A DNA stretch of 64,000 nt from an uncultured bacterium (GTDB lineage: Bacteria; Zixibacteria; MSB-5A5; UBA10806). Shown here piece by piece: positions 54,723 through 64,000 of this stretch. Location: NCBI GenBank assembly GCA_965541585.1, contig CBEUCH010000005.1:150245-214244 (forward strand). Reading direction: 5' to 3'. Under the pieces are notes generated by a model that was not told the DNA's origin, made no database searches, and saw only the letters and a program-made list of their open reading frames with translations. Positions within the stretch are counted from its first letter, which is position 1; every line of letters starts with the position of its first letter. Both the position numbers and the translations under genes were made by a program.

Positions 54723-57700
54723 TTATTTCTCGACTAATTCAACGTCCAGCCCAAGAGATTGGAGTTCCTTGATAAGCACGTTGAACGACTCCGGTATCCC
54801 GGGTTCCGGAGAGTTCTCACCCTTAACTATAGCCTCATATACTCGAGACCTGCCTGCAACATCGTCCGATTTGACGGTCAGCATTTCCTGTAGTGTATAT
54901 GCTGCGCCGTAGGCCTCCAGAGCCCAGACCTCCATCTCACCGAACCTCTGGCCGCCAAATTGGGCCTTTCCGCCCAGGGGCTGCTGCGTGACCAGAGAAT
55001 ACGGTCCTATGGAACGGGCATGAATCTTATCATCGACGAGGTGGGAGAGTTTCATCATATACATAAATCCTACCGCCACCTCGTGATCCAGCCTTCTGCC
55101 GGTGCGGCCATCATATACGATGCTTTTACCATTTTCGGGCAGGCCCGCTTTTTTTAGATAACTCTTTATCTCATCAATCGTGGCTCCGTCAAATACCGGC
55201 GAGGCGAATCGAATCCCCAGAAGTCTGGCGGCCCATCCAAGATGAGTTTCCAATATCTGGCCCACGTTCATACGCGAAGGAACGCCCAGCGGATTGAGCA
55301 ACATATCTATAGGAGTGCCATCCGGGAGATACGGCATATCCTCCGCCGGTACGATCTTGGCGACAACTCCTTTATTACCATGACGGCCAGCCATCTTATC
55401 TCCTACCGAGAGAACCCTCTTGGTTGCGAGAGAGACTTTTAGTAGCTGAACGACACCGGGCGGCAGCTCCGCGCCTCGAATGATCTTTTCCACCTCTATA
55501 TCCTGCTGGGCTTTCTTCTTCTCGATCAGCTCTGCAGCCCGTTGAAGAAGCCGGGCGGCCTTTTTATTCAGCTTCTCGTCGCCGGAAAATCCCTTCTCGG
55601 ATATCAGTTCATGAGATCTGCAATCCTCTAAAATTCCCTCTTTATATTTGGTTCCAGCCCTGATGACTACTTCATCGTTCTCATCCACAACGGTCCTTGC
55701 CGTACGACCGTCCAGAAGTATCTCGAGATTACGGTTGCGGATTGAGATTATATAATCGATCTGTTTCCCGAAGTTTCTCTTCAGCTTCGAAATCTCGGAT
55801 CGCTCCTGTTTTTTGGCGGCTTCGGAACGCTCCTTGCGCGAGAAAATCTTCGTATCGACGACGATAGCTTTCATACCGGGGGGCGCTTTCAATGAAGCGT
55901 CCCTGACGTCGCCCGCCTTCTCGCCGAAAATCGCCCTGAGCAGCCTCTCCTCAGGCGAAAGTTCTGTTTCTCCCTTCGGTGTGACCTTGCCGACCAGGAT
56001 ATCGCCGGCTTCCACTTCGGCGCCAACACGGACGATACCTCTTTCGTCGAGATGCATCAGGGCTTCCTCGGAGACGTTGGGTATTTCTCTGGTTATCTCC
56101 TCCGGGCCGCGTTTAGTGTCCCGGACCTGGATTTCGAAGGTTTCGACGTGCACCGAGGTGTAAACATCGTCCGATATCAGCCGCTCCGAGACTATGATAG
56201 CATCCTCGAAATTATACCCGCGCCAGGGCATGAATCCGACCAATATATTGGCGCCCAACGCCAACTCCCCTCCGGAGGTAGCAGCGCCATCGGCTATAAC
56301 ATCCCCCGCCTCAACTTTATCGCCCGGCCGGACGAGAGGTCTTTGATTGATACATGTATCCTGGTTGGTGCGCTTGAATTTTGACAGATCGTATTCGTCC
56401 AATTCCACGAGATCCAGAAGCTTTTCAGCATCCCGGTGGTGCGGCTTGATAACTATCTTCTCGGAGTCCACATATTCCACGACGCCACGGCGTTTGGCGG
56501 CAAGAACTGCTCCGGAATCAAAGGCCGCTTTATACTCCATGCCGGTGCCTATGATAGGTGCTTCCGTGGTCAAGAGTGGGACCGCCTGGCGCTGCATATT
56601 CGACCCCATCAAAGCTCTGTTAGCGTCATCATGTTCCAAAAATGGTATCAGGGCCGCCGCCACCGAAACCAGTTGCTTGGGAGAAACGTCCATGAAATCT
56701 ATTTCCTCGGGCTTTGCCAGCATGAATTCTCCCCGGCTTCTGGCTTTTACGAAATTGACTGCAAACCTGTTCTTGCTGGTCAGCGGAGCATTCGCCTGCG
56801 CAACAACAAAGCGGTCTTCTTCGTCTGCGGTCAGGAAAGTGAATTCATCGCTGACTTTACCGTTCTTGACAATCCGGTAAGGGGTTTCAAGAAAACCGTA
56901 CCTGTTTATCCTCGCATAAGTGGCCAGCGAAGCGATCAGCCCGATGTTGGGGCCTTCGGGAGTTTCAATGGGGCAGATTCGACCGTAATGCGTGTGATGA
57001 ACGTCGCGAACCTTAAATCCTGCCCGTTCCCTTGTCAATCCACCAGGACCAAGAGCCGAGAGCCTCCGCTTGTGAGTCAGTTCGGCCAGCGGGTTAGTCT
57101 GGTCCATAAACTGGGAAAGCTGGGATGATCCGAAGAAAGCATCTATCACTGATGACACGGTGCGGGCGTTCACCAGATCGTGGGGAGTAATATTCTCATT
57201 ATCCCGCAAGCTCATCCTCTCGCGGATGGTGCGGGCCATTCTCGAAAGCCCTACCGAAAACTGGTTGGACAGGAGTTCGCCCACCGACCTGGCGCGCCGA
57301 TTGCCGAGATGGTCAATGTCATCGATATGCCCCTCACCGTTTCTCAGGTCGATCAGGTATTTGATTATGGCGAGGAAATCTTCTTTGCTTAATACCTTCT
57401 GTTCGAGAGGGACGTCCAGTTGCAGCCGTTGGTTTATCATGTAACGCCCGACCTCGCCCAGATCGTATCGCTTGGGATTGAAAAACAATTTTCCGAATAG
57501 ATCCTTGGCCAGTGCAACAGTGGGGGCATCGCCGGGGCGAATCAGAGAATAGATCTTGAATAACGCCTCCTCGTGGGAACTCGTTGCATCTTTTTCAATT
57601 GTGTTTCTTATTATGCCGGCGTCAGTGGTAAAATCAACGTTGAGCAGATCGAGTTTCTCTATCTTAAGTTCACAGAGCTTTTTGAAGATATCGTCGGTGA

Positions 57701-58496
57701 TTTCGGATCTCGCCTCGAGAAAGACCTCTCCGGTCGAGGGATCGACAACATTCTGCGCTGAAATGGCGCCGATAAATCTATTCCCTCTTCTGGACGATAC
57801 TTTCTCCGTAACGGACTTATAGAAAGTCTTAAGGAGATCCTCATTCGTGGAAAATCCCAGGGCTCTCAGTAGGGTGGTCGATGGCAGCTTGCGGCGGGAA
57901 TCTATGTGAACGAACATCACATCGTTCACATCCAATGTAAACTCTACCCAGGAACCCCTGTAAGGGATTATTCGGGCCGAAAACAGTCGCTTTCCGTTGG
58001 GATGGATTTCTTCGTCGAAGAAAACTCCCGGGGAACGATGCAACTGGCTGACGATAACTCTCTCGGCGCCATTAATAATAAAGGTGCCGTTTTCACTTAG
58101 AAGAGGAAATTCCCCAAGGAAAACATCCTTCTCGATAATGTCCTTTACTACCTTTTCGTCTTTCTCAGTGCCCGGTTCCCTTACAACGAGTCTTAGCGTG
58201 GCCTTTAGAGGGGAGCCGTATGTCATATTTCTCTCCCGGCATTCCCGGATGATATATCGGGGCTCGCCGAGAGTGTATTTGACGAACTCCAGAGAGAAAA
58301 GTTCGTGGACATCGGTTATGGGAAAAATAGATTTAAATACCGCCTGGAGCCCATTGTTCTTTCTTTCTCCAGGAGACACCTTACGCTGGAGGAAATTTTC
58401 ATAAGATGAAAGCTGAACGTCGAGAAGATCAGGCATCTCAACGTTTTCTCTCAGCTTAGAAAAATTCTTTCGCTCGACCTTCAATACTGGTCTCAA
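54723..58496 (-). CDS. rpoB: RNA polymerase beta subunit
   Basis: [50 protein letters not shown] start after AGGAGG. Confidence 0.99.
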   Translation of the reverse strand: MRPVLKVERKNFSKLRENVEMPDLLDVQLSSYENFLQRKVSPGERKNNGLQAVFKSIFPITDVHELFSLEFVKYTLGEPRYIIRECRERNMTYGSPLKATLRLVVREPGTEKDEKVVKDIIEKDVFLGEFPLLSENGTFIINGAERVIVSQLHRSPGVFFDEEIHPNGKRLFSARIIPYRGSWVEFTLDVNDVMFVHIDSRRKLPSTTLLRALGFSTNEDLLKTFYKSVTEKVSSRRGNRFIGAISAQNVVDPSTGEVFLEARSEITDDIFKKLCELKIEKLDLLNVDFTTDAGIIRNTIEKDATSSHEEALFKIYSLIRPGDAPTVALAKDLFGKLFFNPKRYDLGEVGRYMINQRLQLDVPLEQKVLSKEDFLAIIKYLIDLRNGEGHIDDIDHLGNRRARSVGELLSNQFSVGLSRMARTIRERMSLRDNENITPHDLVNARTVSSVIDAFFGSSQLSQFMDQTNPLAELTHKRRLSALGPGGLTRERAGFKVRDVHHTHYGRICPIETPEGPNIGLIASLATYARINRYGFLETPYRIVKNGKVSDEFTFLTADEEDRFVVAQANAPLTSKNRFAVNFVKARSRGEFMLAKPEEIDFMDVSPKQLVSVAAALIPFLEHDDANRALMGSNMQRQAVPLLTTEAPIIGTGMEYKAAFDSGAVLAAKRRGVVEYVDSEKIVIKPHHRDAEKLLDLVELDEYDLSKFKRTNQDTCINQRPLVRPGDKVEAGDVIADGAATSGGELALGANILVGFMPWRGYNFEDAIIVSERLISDDVYTSVHVETFEIQVRDTKRGPEEITREIPNVSEEALMHLDERGIVRVGAEVEAGDILVGKVTPKGETELSPEERLLRAIFGEKAGDVRDASLKAPPGMKAIVVDTKIFSRKERSEAAKKQERSEISKLKRNFGKQIDYIISIRNRNLEILLDGRTARTVVDENDEVVIRAGTKYKEGILEDCRSHELISEKGFSGDEKLNKKAARLLQRAAELIEKKKAQQDIEVEKIIRGAELPPGVVQLLKVSLATKRVLSVGDKMAGRHGNKGVVAKIVPAEDMPYLPDGTPIDMLLNPLGVPSRMNVGQILETHLGWAARLLGIRFASPVFDGATIDEIKSYLKKAGLPENGKSIVYDGRTGRRLDHEVAVGFMYMMKLSHLVDDKIHARSIGPYSLVTQQPLGGKAQFGGQRFGEMEVWALEAYGAAYTLQEMLTVKSDDVAGRSRVYEAIVKGENSPEPGIPESFNVLIKELQSLGLDVELVEK

Positions 58497-58557
58497 AAAC
58501 ACCTCCTGTCGGGAGATATTCCAATTTTTACATGAACGCAGGCCGTCGGCCTGACTT

Positions 58558-58938
58558 CTACTTCACGACTACGGATGCACCAACCTCTTCGAGTTTAGCC
58601 TTCGCCGCCTGGGCATCCTCCTTGGATAGACCTTCTTTTACGGGCTTCGGTACGCCGTCGACAAGATCCTTCGCTTCTTTCAAACCGAGACTTGTCAGTT
58701 CACGGACTACCTTGATAACCTGAATCTTCTTACTGCCCGCGCCTTCCAGAATAACATCAAACTCTGTCTGTTCCTCTGCAGCCTCAGCGGCGCCTCCCGC
58801 GACGCCTCCGGCCATGGCTATCGGCGCCGCCATGGGAGAAACACCGAATTCATCCTGCATCTTCTTGGAAAGATCTGACAGTTCAACTACCGTCATTTCC
58901 TTTATGATATCGAATGCCTGTTGTATCTTATCTGCCAT
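58558..58938 (-). CDS. rplL: 50S ribosomal protein L7/L12
   Basis: [25 protein letters not shown]. Confidence 0.98.
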   Translation of the reverse strand: MADKIQQAFDIIKEMTVVELSDLSKKMQDEFGVSPMAAPIAMAGGVAGGAAEAAEEQTEFDVILEGAGSKKIQVIKVVRELTSLGLKEAKDLVDGVPKPVKEGLSKEDAQAAKAKLEEVGASVVVK

Positions 58939-59077
58939 TTCTTCAATCCCTCGTCTTACCGGCAGCCGCCGGAGTTGTTTTGACCTGAATCCAATTTATC
59001 AAACGATGAGCGCGTCCCGAACCGAAGTCGTTTTCCCGAAAACAACTTAGAAGCGCCGGACGGAAGTCCTGCCCATC

Positions 59078-59596
59078 CTAACTTTTCCTATCCTCAGCTA
59101 AAGCGTCTAAGGTGCCAATAAAGTCCCTCGTCGCCGACTCCAGAAGGCTGATAAAATGCGTTATCGGTCCCTCCACAGTGCTAATTAAAATTGCGATTAC
59201 AACATCTCTCGATGGTAGCTGCGCGATCCGTTTTAAGAAATCAAATCCATGCTGGGCCCCATCATAAAAGTAGGATTTGAATTTCGGCTTTTCAGTTTCC
59301 TTGATGGACTCGTAAATGACCTTGGCTGGCAGTGACGGATCGTCGTATCCATAAATGACGGAGGTCGGACCCTCAAAATGCTCCTGTAATTCCTGCAGAT
59401 CGGTATCCTTGACCGCCAGTATCAAAAGAGTGTTTTTGGATACCCTGATTTCACTGTTTCCCTCTTTCAACTTTCTGCGCAGGGCTGAAACATCACCGAC
59501 GTTAATGCCGGAATGGTCTGTGATTATAAGGTGGCTGGCCCGGGCCAGCTTATCCTTCAAAATGGCGACTTCCTTTTGTTTCTGCTCTTTATTCAC
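59078..59596 (-). CDS. rplJ: 50S ribosomal protein L10
   Basis: K...V, D..G..V, LR..L, V.KNTL, F.GPT, LPS; between rplA and rplL. Confidence 0.94.
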   Translation of the reverse strand: MNKEQKQKEVAILKDKLARASHLIITDHSGINVGDVSALRRKLKEGNSEIRVSKNTLLILAVKDTDLQELQEHFEGPTSVIYGYDDPSLPAKVIYESIKETEKPKFKSYFYDGAQHGFDFLKRIAQLPSRDVVIAILISTVEGPITHFISLLESATRDFIGTLDALAEDRKS

Positions 59597-59610
59597 CTTC
59601 TACCTGCCCT

Positions 59611-60312
59611 CTATTTGCCCAGTGTAGTGATCTCGTTAGTGTCCAGCTTTATTCCGGGTCCCATGGTGCTGCATATCGAGGCATTTTTTAAATATGTTCC
59701 TTTAGCGGCCGCCGGTTTTGCTCTAACGATGGCGCTGAAAAAAGTCTTTGCGTTTTCCAGTATTTGCTCGTCCGAAAATGAAAGCTTGCCTATTCCAACC
59801 TGGATATTGGCAGTTTTATCCAGGCGGTATTCTATTTTGCCTGCCTTGGCAGCCTTTACGGCCCGGTCTACATCCATGGTGACGGTGCCCGATTTGGGAT
59901 TCGGCATCAATTTCTTCGGCCCGAGGATCTTTCCCAGTTTTCCAATCTGACCCATCATATCGGGAGTCGCGATAATCGTGTCGACATCCGCCCAACCTTT
60001 CTGGATCTTCTCTATATACTCCTCGGCGCCCACCATATCGGCGCCGGCCTCCTCGGCCTCTTTGGCTTTTTCCCCCTTGGCCATGACCAACACTCTAATC
60101 GTTTTGCCCGTCCCGTGCGGCAATACCGTCGTACCTCGAACCGTCTGATCCGCCTTCCTGGGATCGACTCCCAGCCGAACGGTGGCTTCGATTGTCGCGT
60201 CGAATTTAGCCTGGGCGGTCTCGCGCAAAAGTTTAATGGCCTCGGCCAGGGTGTAGGCCTTCAGGCGATCTACTTTTGCAGCTGCCTCTTTGTAGCTCTT
60301 TCCTCTTCTCAT
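59611..60312 (-). CDS. rplA: 50S ribosomal protein L1
   Basis: [35 protein letters not shown]. Confidence 0.98.
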   Translation of the reverse strand: MRRGKSYKEAAAKVDRLKAYTLAEAIKLLRETAQAKFDATIEATVRLGVDPRKADQTVRGTTVLPHGTGKTIRVLVMAKGEKAKEAEEAGADMVGAEEYIEKIQKGWADVDTIIATPDMMGQIGKLGKILGPKKLMPNPKSGTVTMDVDRAVKAAKAGKIEYRLDKTANIQVGIGKLSFSDEQILENAKTFFSAIVRAKPAAAKGTYLKNASICSTMGPGIKLDTNEITTLGK

Positions 60313-60443
60313 TGAATTCTCTTTCTGAAAGAGAGTCTCCCCTTAACGACTCATAATCTCCGGCAATTGAAATTAAACCTATCTGCCCGTGAGTTGGTTC
60401 CAGAATACCATAATCCTGCCCTGTCGTTCCGAGCAGTTCTAAC

Positions 60444-60872
60444 TTATGCACCCTCCACGTCAATGCCCATGCTGCGGGCAGTGCCGGCGATTATCCGCTC
60501 GGCCATCTCGATATCGGTGGCGTTCAAATCCGGCATCTTAAGCTGTGCTATTTCCCTAATCTGATTTCTGGAAACCATGGCTACTTTATCTCTATTGGGT
60601 TCTCCGGAACCTTTCTCGATCTTTGCCGCTTTCTTCAGAAGCTCCGCGGCAGGCGGCGTTTTAGTGATAAATGTGAACGATTTATCCGCAAATACCGTAA
60701 TGATCACCGGTATTATCGTCCCCGCCTGAGACTGGGTCCTGCTGTTGAAGGCCTTGCAGAACTCCATTATATTGATACCCTGCTGACCCAATGCCGGTCC
60801 TACCGGGGGCGCCGGTGTGGCATTGCCCGCTGGAATCTGTAACTTTACAATGCCGGCTACTTTCTTGGCCAC
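60444..60872 (-). CDS. rplK: 50S ribosomal protein L11
   Basis: [29 protein letters not shown]. Confidence 0.98.
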   Translation of the reverse strand: MAKKVAGIVKLQIPAGNATPAPPVGPALGQQGINIMEFCKAFNSRTQSQAGTIIPVIITVFADKSFTFITKTPPAAELLKKAAKIEKGSGEPNRDKVAMVSRNQIREIAQLKMPDLNATDIEMAERIIAGTARSMGIDVEGA

Positions 60873-60897
60873 AACAACTCCTTACGCTAAATTACAA

Positions 60898-61428
60898 CTA
60901 AAGACTCGTTACCTGCAAATAATCGAGTTCCACCGGAGTGGGCCGGCCGAAAATAGAGACCATGACCTTGACCTTGCGCTTTTCCGGATTGACCTCACTG
61001 ACGGTACCGGCAAAATCCGCAAACGGGCCATCAGTCACTTTAACCGCCTCGCCTACTTTATAAGGGATATCCAGCGCTTCGCGGTTTTTCGACCTGTCTA
61101 TCTGGGCCAGAATCCTCTTTACCTCTTTTCCCCGGAGGGCAACGGGCTTCCCCGAGGCGCCCACGAAATTGGTGATGCCCGGGGTCGATGTTACCAGATG
61201 CTGAGTTTCTTTGTTCAACTCCATTTCAATCAGAATGTAGCTGGGTAGAAACTTTTTCACGGAGGTGTGACGTTTGCCCTGCTTCATCTCCACAATCTCC
61301 TCCGTGGGAACCAGGATCTGGCCGAACAATTCCGCAAGGCTCTCGGCCTCCGCCGCCGATTCGAGATATTTCTTCGCCTTATTCTCGTGCCCGGAATAAG
61401 TATGGGCTACATACCATTTCTTTTCCAT
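60898..61428 (-). CDS. nusG: Transcription termination/antitermination factor NusG
   Basis: [40 protein letters not shown]. Confidence 0.98.
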   Translation of the reverse strand: MEKKWYVAHTYSGHENKAKKYLESAAEAESLAELFGQILVPTEEIVEMKQGKRHTSVKKFLPSYILIEMELNKETQHLVTSTPGITNFVGASGKPVALRGKEVKRILAQIDRSKNREALDIPYKVGEAVKVTDGPFADFAGTVSEVNPEKRKVKVMVSIFGRPTPVELDYLQVTSL

Positions 61429-61441
61429 AGATGAGTTCACT

Positions 61442-61639
61442 TTAGCTGCCAGCCACGCTGATCAAAAGATTCACAAGCTCTTTCAAAATAAAATCAACAG
61501 TGCCGATAAAAAATGATACCAGAAGAGACATGACTATCACTACGATTGTGGAGCCCACCAGCTCCTGTTTCGACGGCCAGGCAACCTTCTGCAGTTCCTG
61601 GTAAACATCGTTGAAGAATTTCTTCGCTTTACTGAACAT
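61442..61639 (-). CDS. secE: Preprotein translocase SecE
   Basis: ELQKVAWPS...one TM helix; between tRNA-Trp and nusG. Confidence 0.96.
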   Translation of the reverse strand: MFSKAKKFFNDVYQELQKVAWPSKQELVGSTIVVIVMSLLVSFFIGTVDFILKELVNLLISVAGS

Positions 61640-61662
61640 TCAATCTATACCTCTTGCTCACC

Positions 61663-61736
61663 CAGGACAGGAGGGACTCGAACCCCCAACCCCCGGTTTT
61701 GGAGACCGGAGCTCTAGCCAGTTGAGCCACTGTCCT
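61663..61736 (-). tRNA. tRNA-Trp (CCA)
   Basis: AGGACAG...CCGGT-CTCCAAA-ACCGG...TTCGAGT...CTGTCCT cloverleaf; no encoded 3' CCA. Confidence 0.96.
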
Positions 61737-61744
61737 GTGTATCT

Positions 61745-61897
61745 CTATCTGGTCTCCTTATGAGGAGTGTGCTTGCTACAATAAGGACAGTATTTCTTAT
61801 ACTCGACCCTATCAGGATGCGTACGCTTGTTTTTGGTCGCAGTATAGTTGCGGCGTTTACAATCGTTGCACGCCAGTGTAATTATGTCGCGCGGCAT
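61745..61897 (-). CDS. rpmG: 50S ribosomal protein L33 (zinc-binding form)
   Basis: Hand translation [50 protein letters not shown]; below ORF-track cutoff. Confidence 0.97.
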   Translation of the reverse strand: MPRDIITLACNDCKRRNYTATKNKRTHPDRVEYKKYCPYCSKHTPHKETR

Positions 61898-61906
61898 CCT
61901 CTACCC

Positions 61907-63118
61907 CTATTCCAGGACCTCGGTGATGACACCGGCGCCGACCGTATGGCCGCCCTCGCGAATGGCGAAACGCAGCTCCTTCTCCATCGCTATCGGTGTA
62001 ATCACCTCGCAGTCCATGGTCACATTGTCTCCCGGCATAACCATCTCTCGATCCTTCGGAAGCTGTATGCTGCCCGTCACGTCCGTCGTCCGAAAATAAA
62101 ACTGCGGACGATAACCGTTGAAAAACGGCGTGTGACGACCACCCTCCTCCTTCTTCAATACGTATACCTCACACTTAAACGTCGTATGCGGCGTGATAGA
62201 ACCCGGCTTCGAGACTACCATACCCCGCTCCAGATCATCACGATCCACTCCTCGCAGCAACAACCCCACATTGTCACCAGCCTGAGCATAATCCAATATC
62301 TTGCGAAACATCTCACATCCCGTCACAACCGTCTTGCGAGTCTCCCGATATCCCACTATCTCAACCTCGTCTCCCTTGCTAATCTTACCCCGGTCCACTC
62401 GACCCGTACCAACCGTGCCCCGACCCGTGATCGAAAATACATCCTCCACCGGCATCAAAAACGGCTTGTCAACATCTCGAACCGGATCAGGTATATACGT
62501 ATCCACTGCATTCATCAACTCCAAAACACTCTTAAACTCCGGAGCATCATACGGCACATCCGGATCCGCACCCTTCGTCATCGCCTCCAAAGCACTACCG
62601 CGGATCACAGGTATATCATCACCCGGAAACTCATACTTCGATAGTAAATCCCGGACCTCCAACTCCACTAAATCCAGTAACTCCGGATCATCAACCATGT
62701 CGACCTTGTTCATATATACTATGACATACGGAACTCCAACCTGACGCGCCAACAAGATATGCTCCCGCGTCTGAGGCATGGGACCATCGGCAGCACTCAC
62801 AACCAGTATCGATCCGTCCATCTGCGCCGCACCCGTGATCATGTTCTTGATGTAATCCGCATGACCAGGACAATCAACATGCGCATAATGACGCTTGTCC
62901 GTCTCATACTCAACATGCGCCGTGGCTATCGTTATCCCCCGCTCCTTCTCTTCCGGCGCATTATCTATGGAATCAAAATCCCGAACCTGAATCTTCTGGT
63001 TCTTGCGAGATAATATCATCGTGATAGCCGCCGTCAACGTCGTCTTACCATGATCAACATGACCGATCGTGCCTATGTTGACATGCGGCTTCGTCCTCTC
63101 AAACTTCTCTTTGGCCAT
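61907..63118 (-). CDS. tuf: Elongation factor Tu (tRNA-linked copy)
   Basis: Same protein as 46212-47423; preceded by tRNA-Thr. Confidence 0.99.
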   Translation of the reverse strand: MAKEKFERTKPHVNIGTIGHVDHGKTTLTAAITMILSRKNQKIQVRDFDSIDNAPEEKERGITIATAHVEYETDKRHYAHVDCPGHADYIKNMITGAAQMDGSILVVSAADGPMPQTREHILLARQVGVPYVIVYMNKVDMVDDPELLDLVELEVRDLLSKYEFPGDDIPVIRGSALEAMTKGADPDVPYDAPEFKSVLELMNAVDTYIPDPVRDVDKPFLMPVEDVFSITGRGTVGTGRVDRGKISKGDEVEIVGYRETRKTVVTGCEMFRKILDYAQAGDNVGLLLRGVDRDDLERGMVVSKPGSITPHTTFKCEVYVLKKEEGGRHTPFFNGYRPQFYFRTTDVTGSIQLPKDREMVMPGDNVTMDCEVITPIAMEKELRFAIREGGHTVGAGVITEVLE

Positions 63119-63151
63119 CAGGACTCCTTGTGCTAAATGCCAATATCCTTA

Positions 63152-63224
63152 AGCCCAAGACCGGGATCGAACCGGTGACCTCGTCCTTACCAAGGACGTG
63201 CTCTACCAACTGAGCTACCTGGGC
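63152..63224 (-). tRNA. tRNA-Thr (GGT)
   Basis: GCCCAGG...GTCCT-TGGTA-AGGAC...TTCGATC...CTTGGGC cloverleaf. Confidence 0.96.
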
Positions 63225-63279
63225 AAAAAATGCACCAATAGCTTAAAAAGGGATGGCTCCCTTTAAGCAACAGCTTGGC

Positions 63280-63307
63280 AATATAAACCCCCCCTTAGCC
63301 CTGTCAA
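63280..63307 (-). promoter_or_regulatory. Sigma70-like promoter for tRNA-Thr-tuf
   Basis: TTGACA-16 nt-TATATT. Confidence 0.6.
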
Positions 63308-63523
63308 GCAATATTTTAGCTTGCCCACCAACTTTTTTATCGGTTTGGCAGGCCAATTGCTTAACCTTTTTTTTGACCTTCTTTCAACGGGTTATGACAT
63401 CCGACAGATAGAATCCGCAAAATATAGCAGGAAAGGACAACTATCGGAGGGGCCGAAGGTTTCAGAACGAAACTAAAGATCGGATTCAGTGTCTATTATC
63501 CCTTTGGCTGCATACAATAACAT

Positions 63524-63609
63524 AGCGGGAGACGAGGTTCGAATCTTACAGATCCGTAGGACTCGCGACTAATCCGTACAGATCACTCTACCAATTGAGT
63601 TACTCCCCC
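63524..63609 (-). pseudogene. tRNA-Gly-derived mimic with anticodon arm replaced and T-arm insertion
   Basis: GGGGGAGTAACTCAATTGGTAGAGTG-ATCTGTACGGAT-TAGTCGCGAG-TCCTACGGATCTGTAAGA-TTCGAACCTCGTCTCCCGCT versus the intact gene at 63854-63926. Confidence 0.9.
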
Positions 63610-63845
63610 CTTAATGACGCCTTAAATTCCGAGCTCTCCGGTTTTTTAAGCCAACGCTCTCGTTTCACTGCCTCACCCCTGCTCCCGAACTTCTCAAAAT
63701 GGACCAATTGTAGCGGTCTACGGTATTTTGTGGATCGTACACGTCCCTCATTATGAGCTCGAAACCTCTTTTCAATATCGGAGGTTTGGCCCACGTAAAG
63801 ATTGCCATCCTTCCGGCTCAACAATATGTAAACGTAATACTTCAT
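63600..63845 (-). CDS. Small stand-alone GIY-YIG nuclease family protein
   Basis: YYVYIL (GIY), LYVGQT (YIG), R...HN.G, STK..RP..L, A..RE..LK conserved residues. Confidence 0.93.
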   Translation of the reverse strand: MKYYVYILLSRKDGNLYVGQTSDIEKRFRAHNEGRVRSTKYRRPLQLVHFEKFGSRGEAVKRERWLKKPESSEFKASLRGE

Positions 63846-63853
63846 AATAACAT

Positions 63854-63926
63854 AGCGGGAGACGAGGTTCGAACTCGCGACTAACAGCTTGGAAGGCTGT
63901 CACTCTACCAACTGAGTTACTCCCGC
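63854..63926 (-). tRNA. tRNA-Gly (TCC)
   Basis: GCGGGAG...ACAGC-CTTCCAA-GCTGT...TTCGAAC...CTCCCGC-T cloverleaf, U73 discriminator. Confidence 0.96.
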
Positions 63927-63940
63927 TTATTCAATCTATC

Positions 63941-63995
63941 GGAGTAACTCCCGACTAATCCGTACGGATCACTCTACCAACTGAGTTACTCCCGC
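63941..63995 (-). repeat. Truncated tRNA-Gly 5'-half copy with palindromic anticodon replacement
   Basis: GCGGGAGTAACTCAGTTGGTAGAGTG-ATCCGTACGGAT-TAGTCG-GGAGTTACTCC; same upstream AATAA as the intact gene; 69-nt offset. Confidence 0.88.
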
Positions 63996-64000
63996 TTATT

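Noticed and set aside
61760..62644. 294-aa plus-strand ORF (and its 246-aa twin at 46209-46949)
   Set aside because: Antisense shadow of tuf caused by biased codon usage; no recognisable motifs.
63515..64000. CRISPR array or tRNA intron explanation for the repeats
   Set aside because: Repeats are tRNA-derived, irregularly spaced and there are no cas genes; the anticodon is deleted rather than interrupted, so the copies are not intron-containing tRNAs.

Overview
Bacterial chromosomal window, mostly minus-strand housekeeping genes. From left to right: ruvB-ruvA-ruvC-yebC, an EF-G paralogue, hinT-rsmE-dnaJ, an interrupted hrcA-grpE-dnaK-dnaJ heat-shock locus, a UbiB kinase and PhaR/phasin fusion, rlmN, prfB (+1 frameshift), tyrS, PBP1A, cdd-deoC-pdp, then the full alpha/spc/S10/str/rpoBC/rplKAJL/nusG-secE-rpmG-tuf cluster with tRNA-Trp, -Thr and -Gly. 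The ORF track misses ruvB, rpmJ, rpmG, the prfB N-terminus and a CxxU Rdx (SelW-like) selenoprotein gene. The most unusual parts are four. (1) At the right end, a small GIY-YIG nuclease gene sits between an intact tRNA-Gly and tRNA-Gly mimics whose anticodon arm is replaced by the palindrome ATCCGTACGGAT. (2) A 2.1-kb AT-rich radical SAM/SPASM plus partner cassette between dnaK and dnaJ is bounded by roughly 80-bp direct repeats. (3) The hidden selenoprotein lies inside the chaperone locus. (4) The PhaR-phasin fusion has its own operator-like palindrome and an internal start. All calls were made by eye, without database searches.
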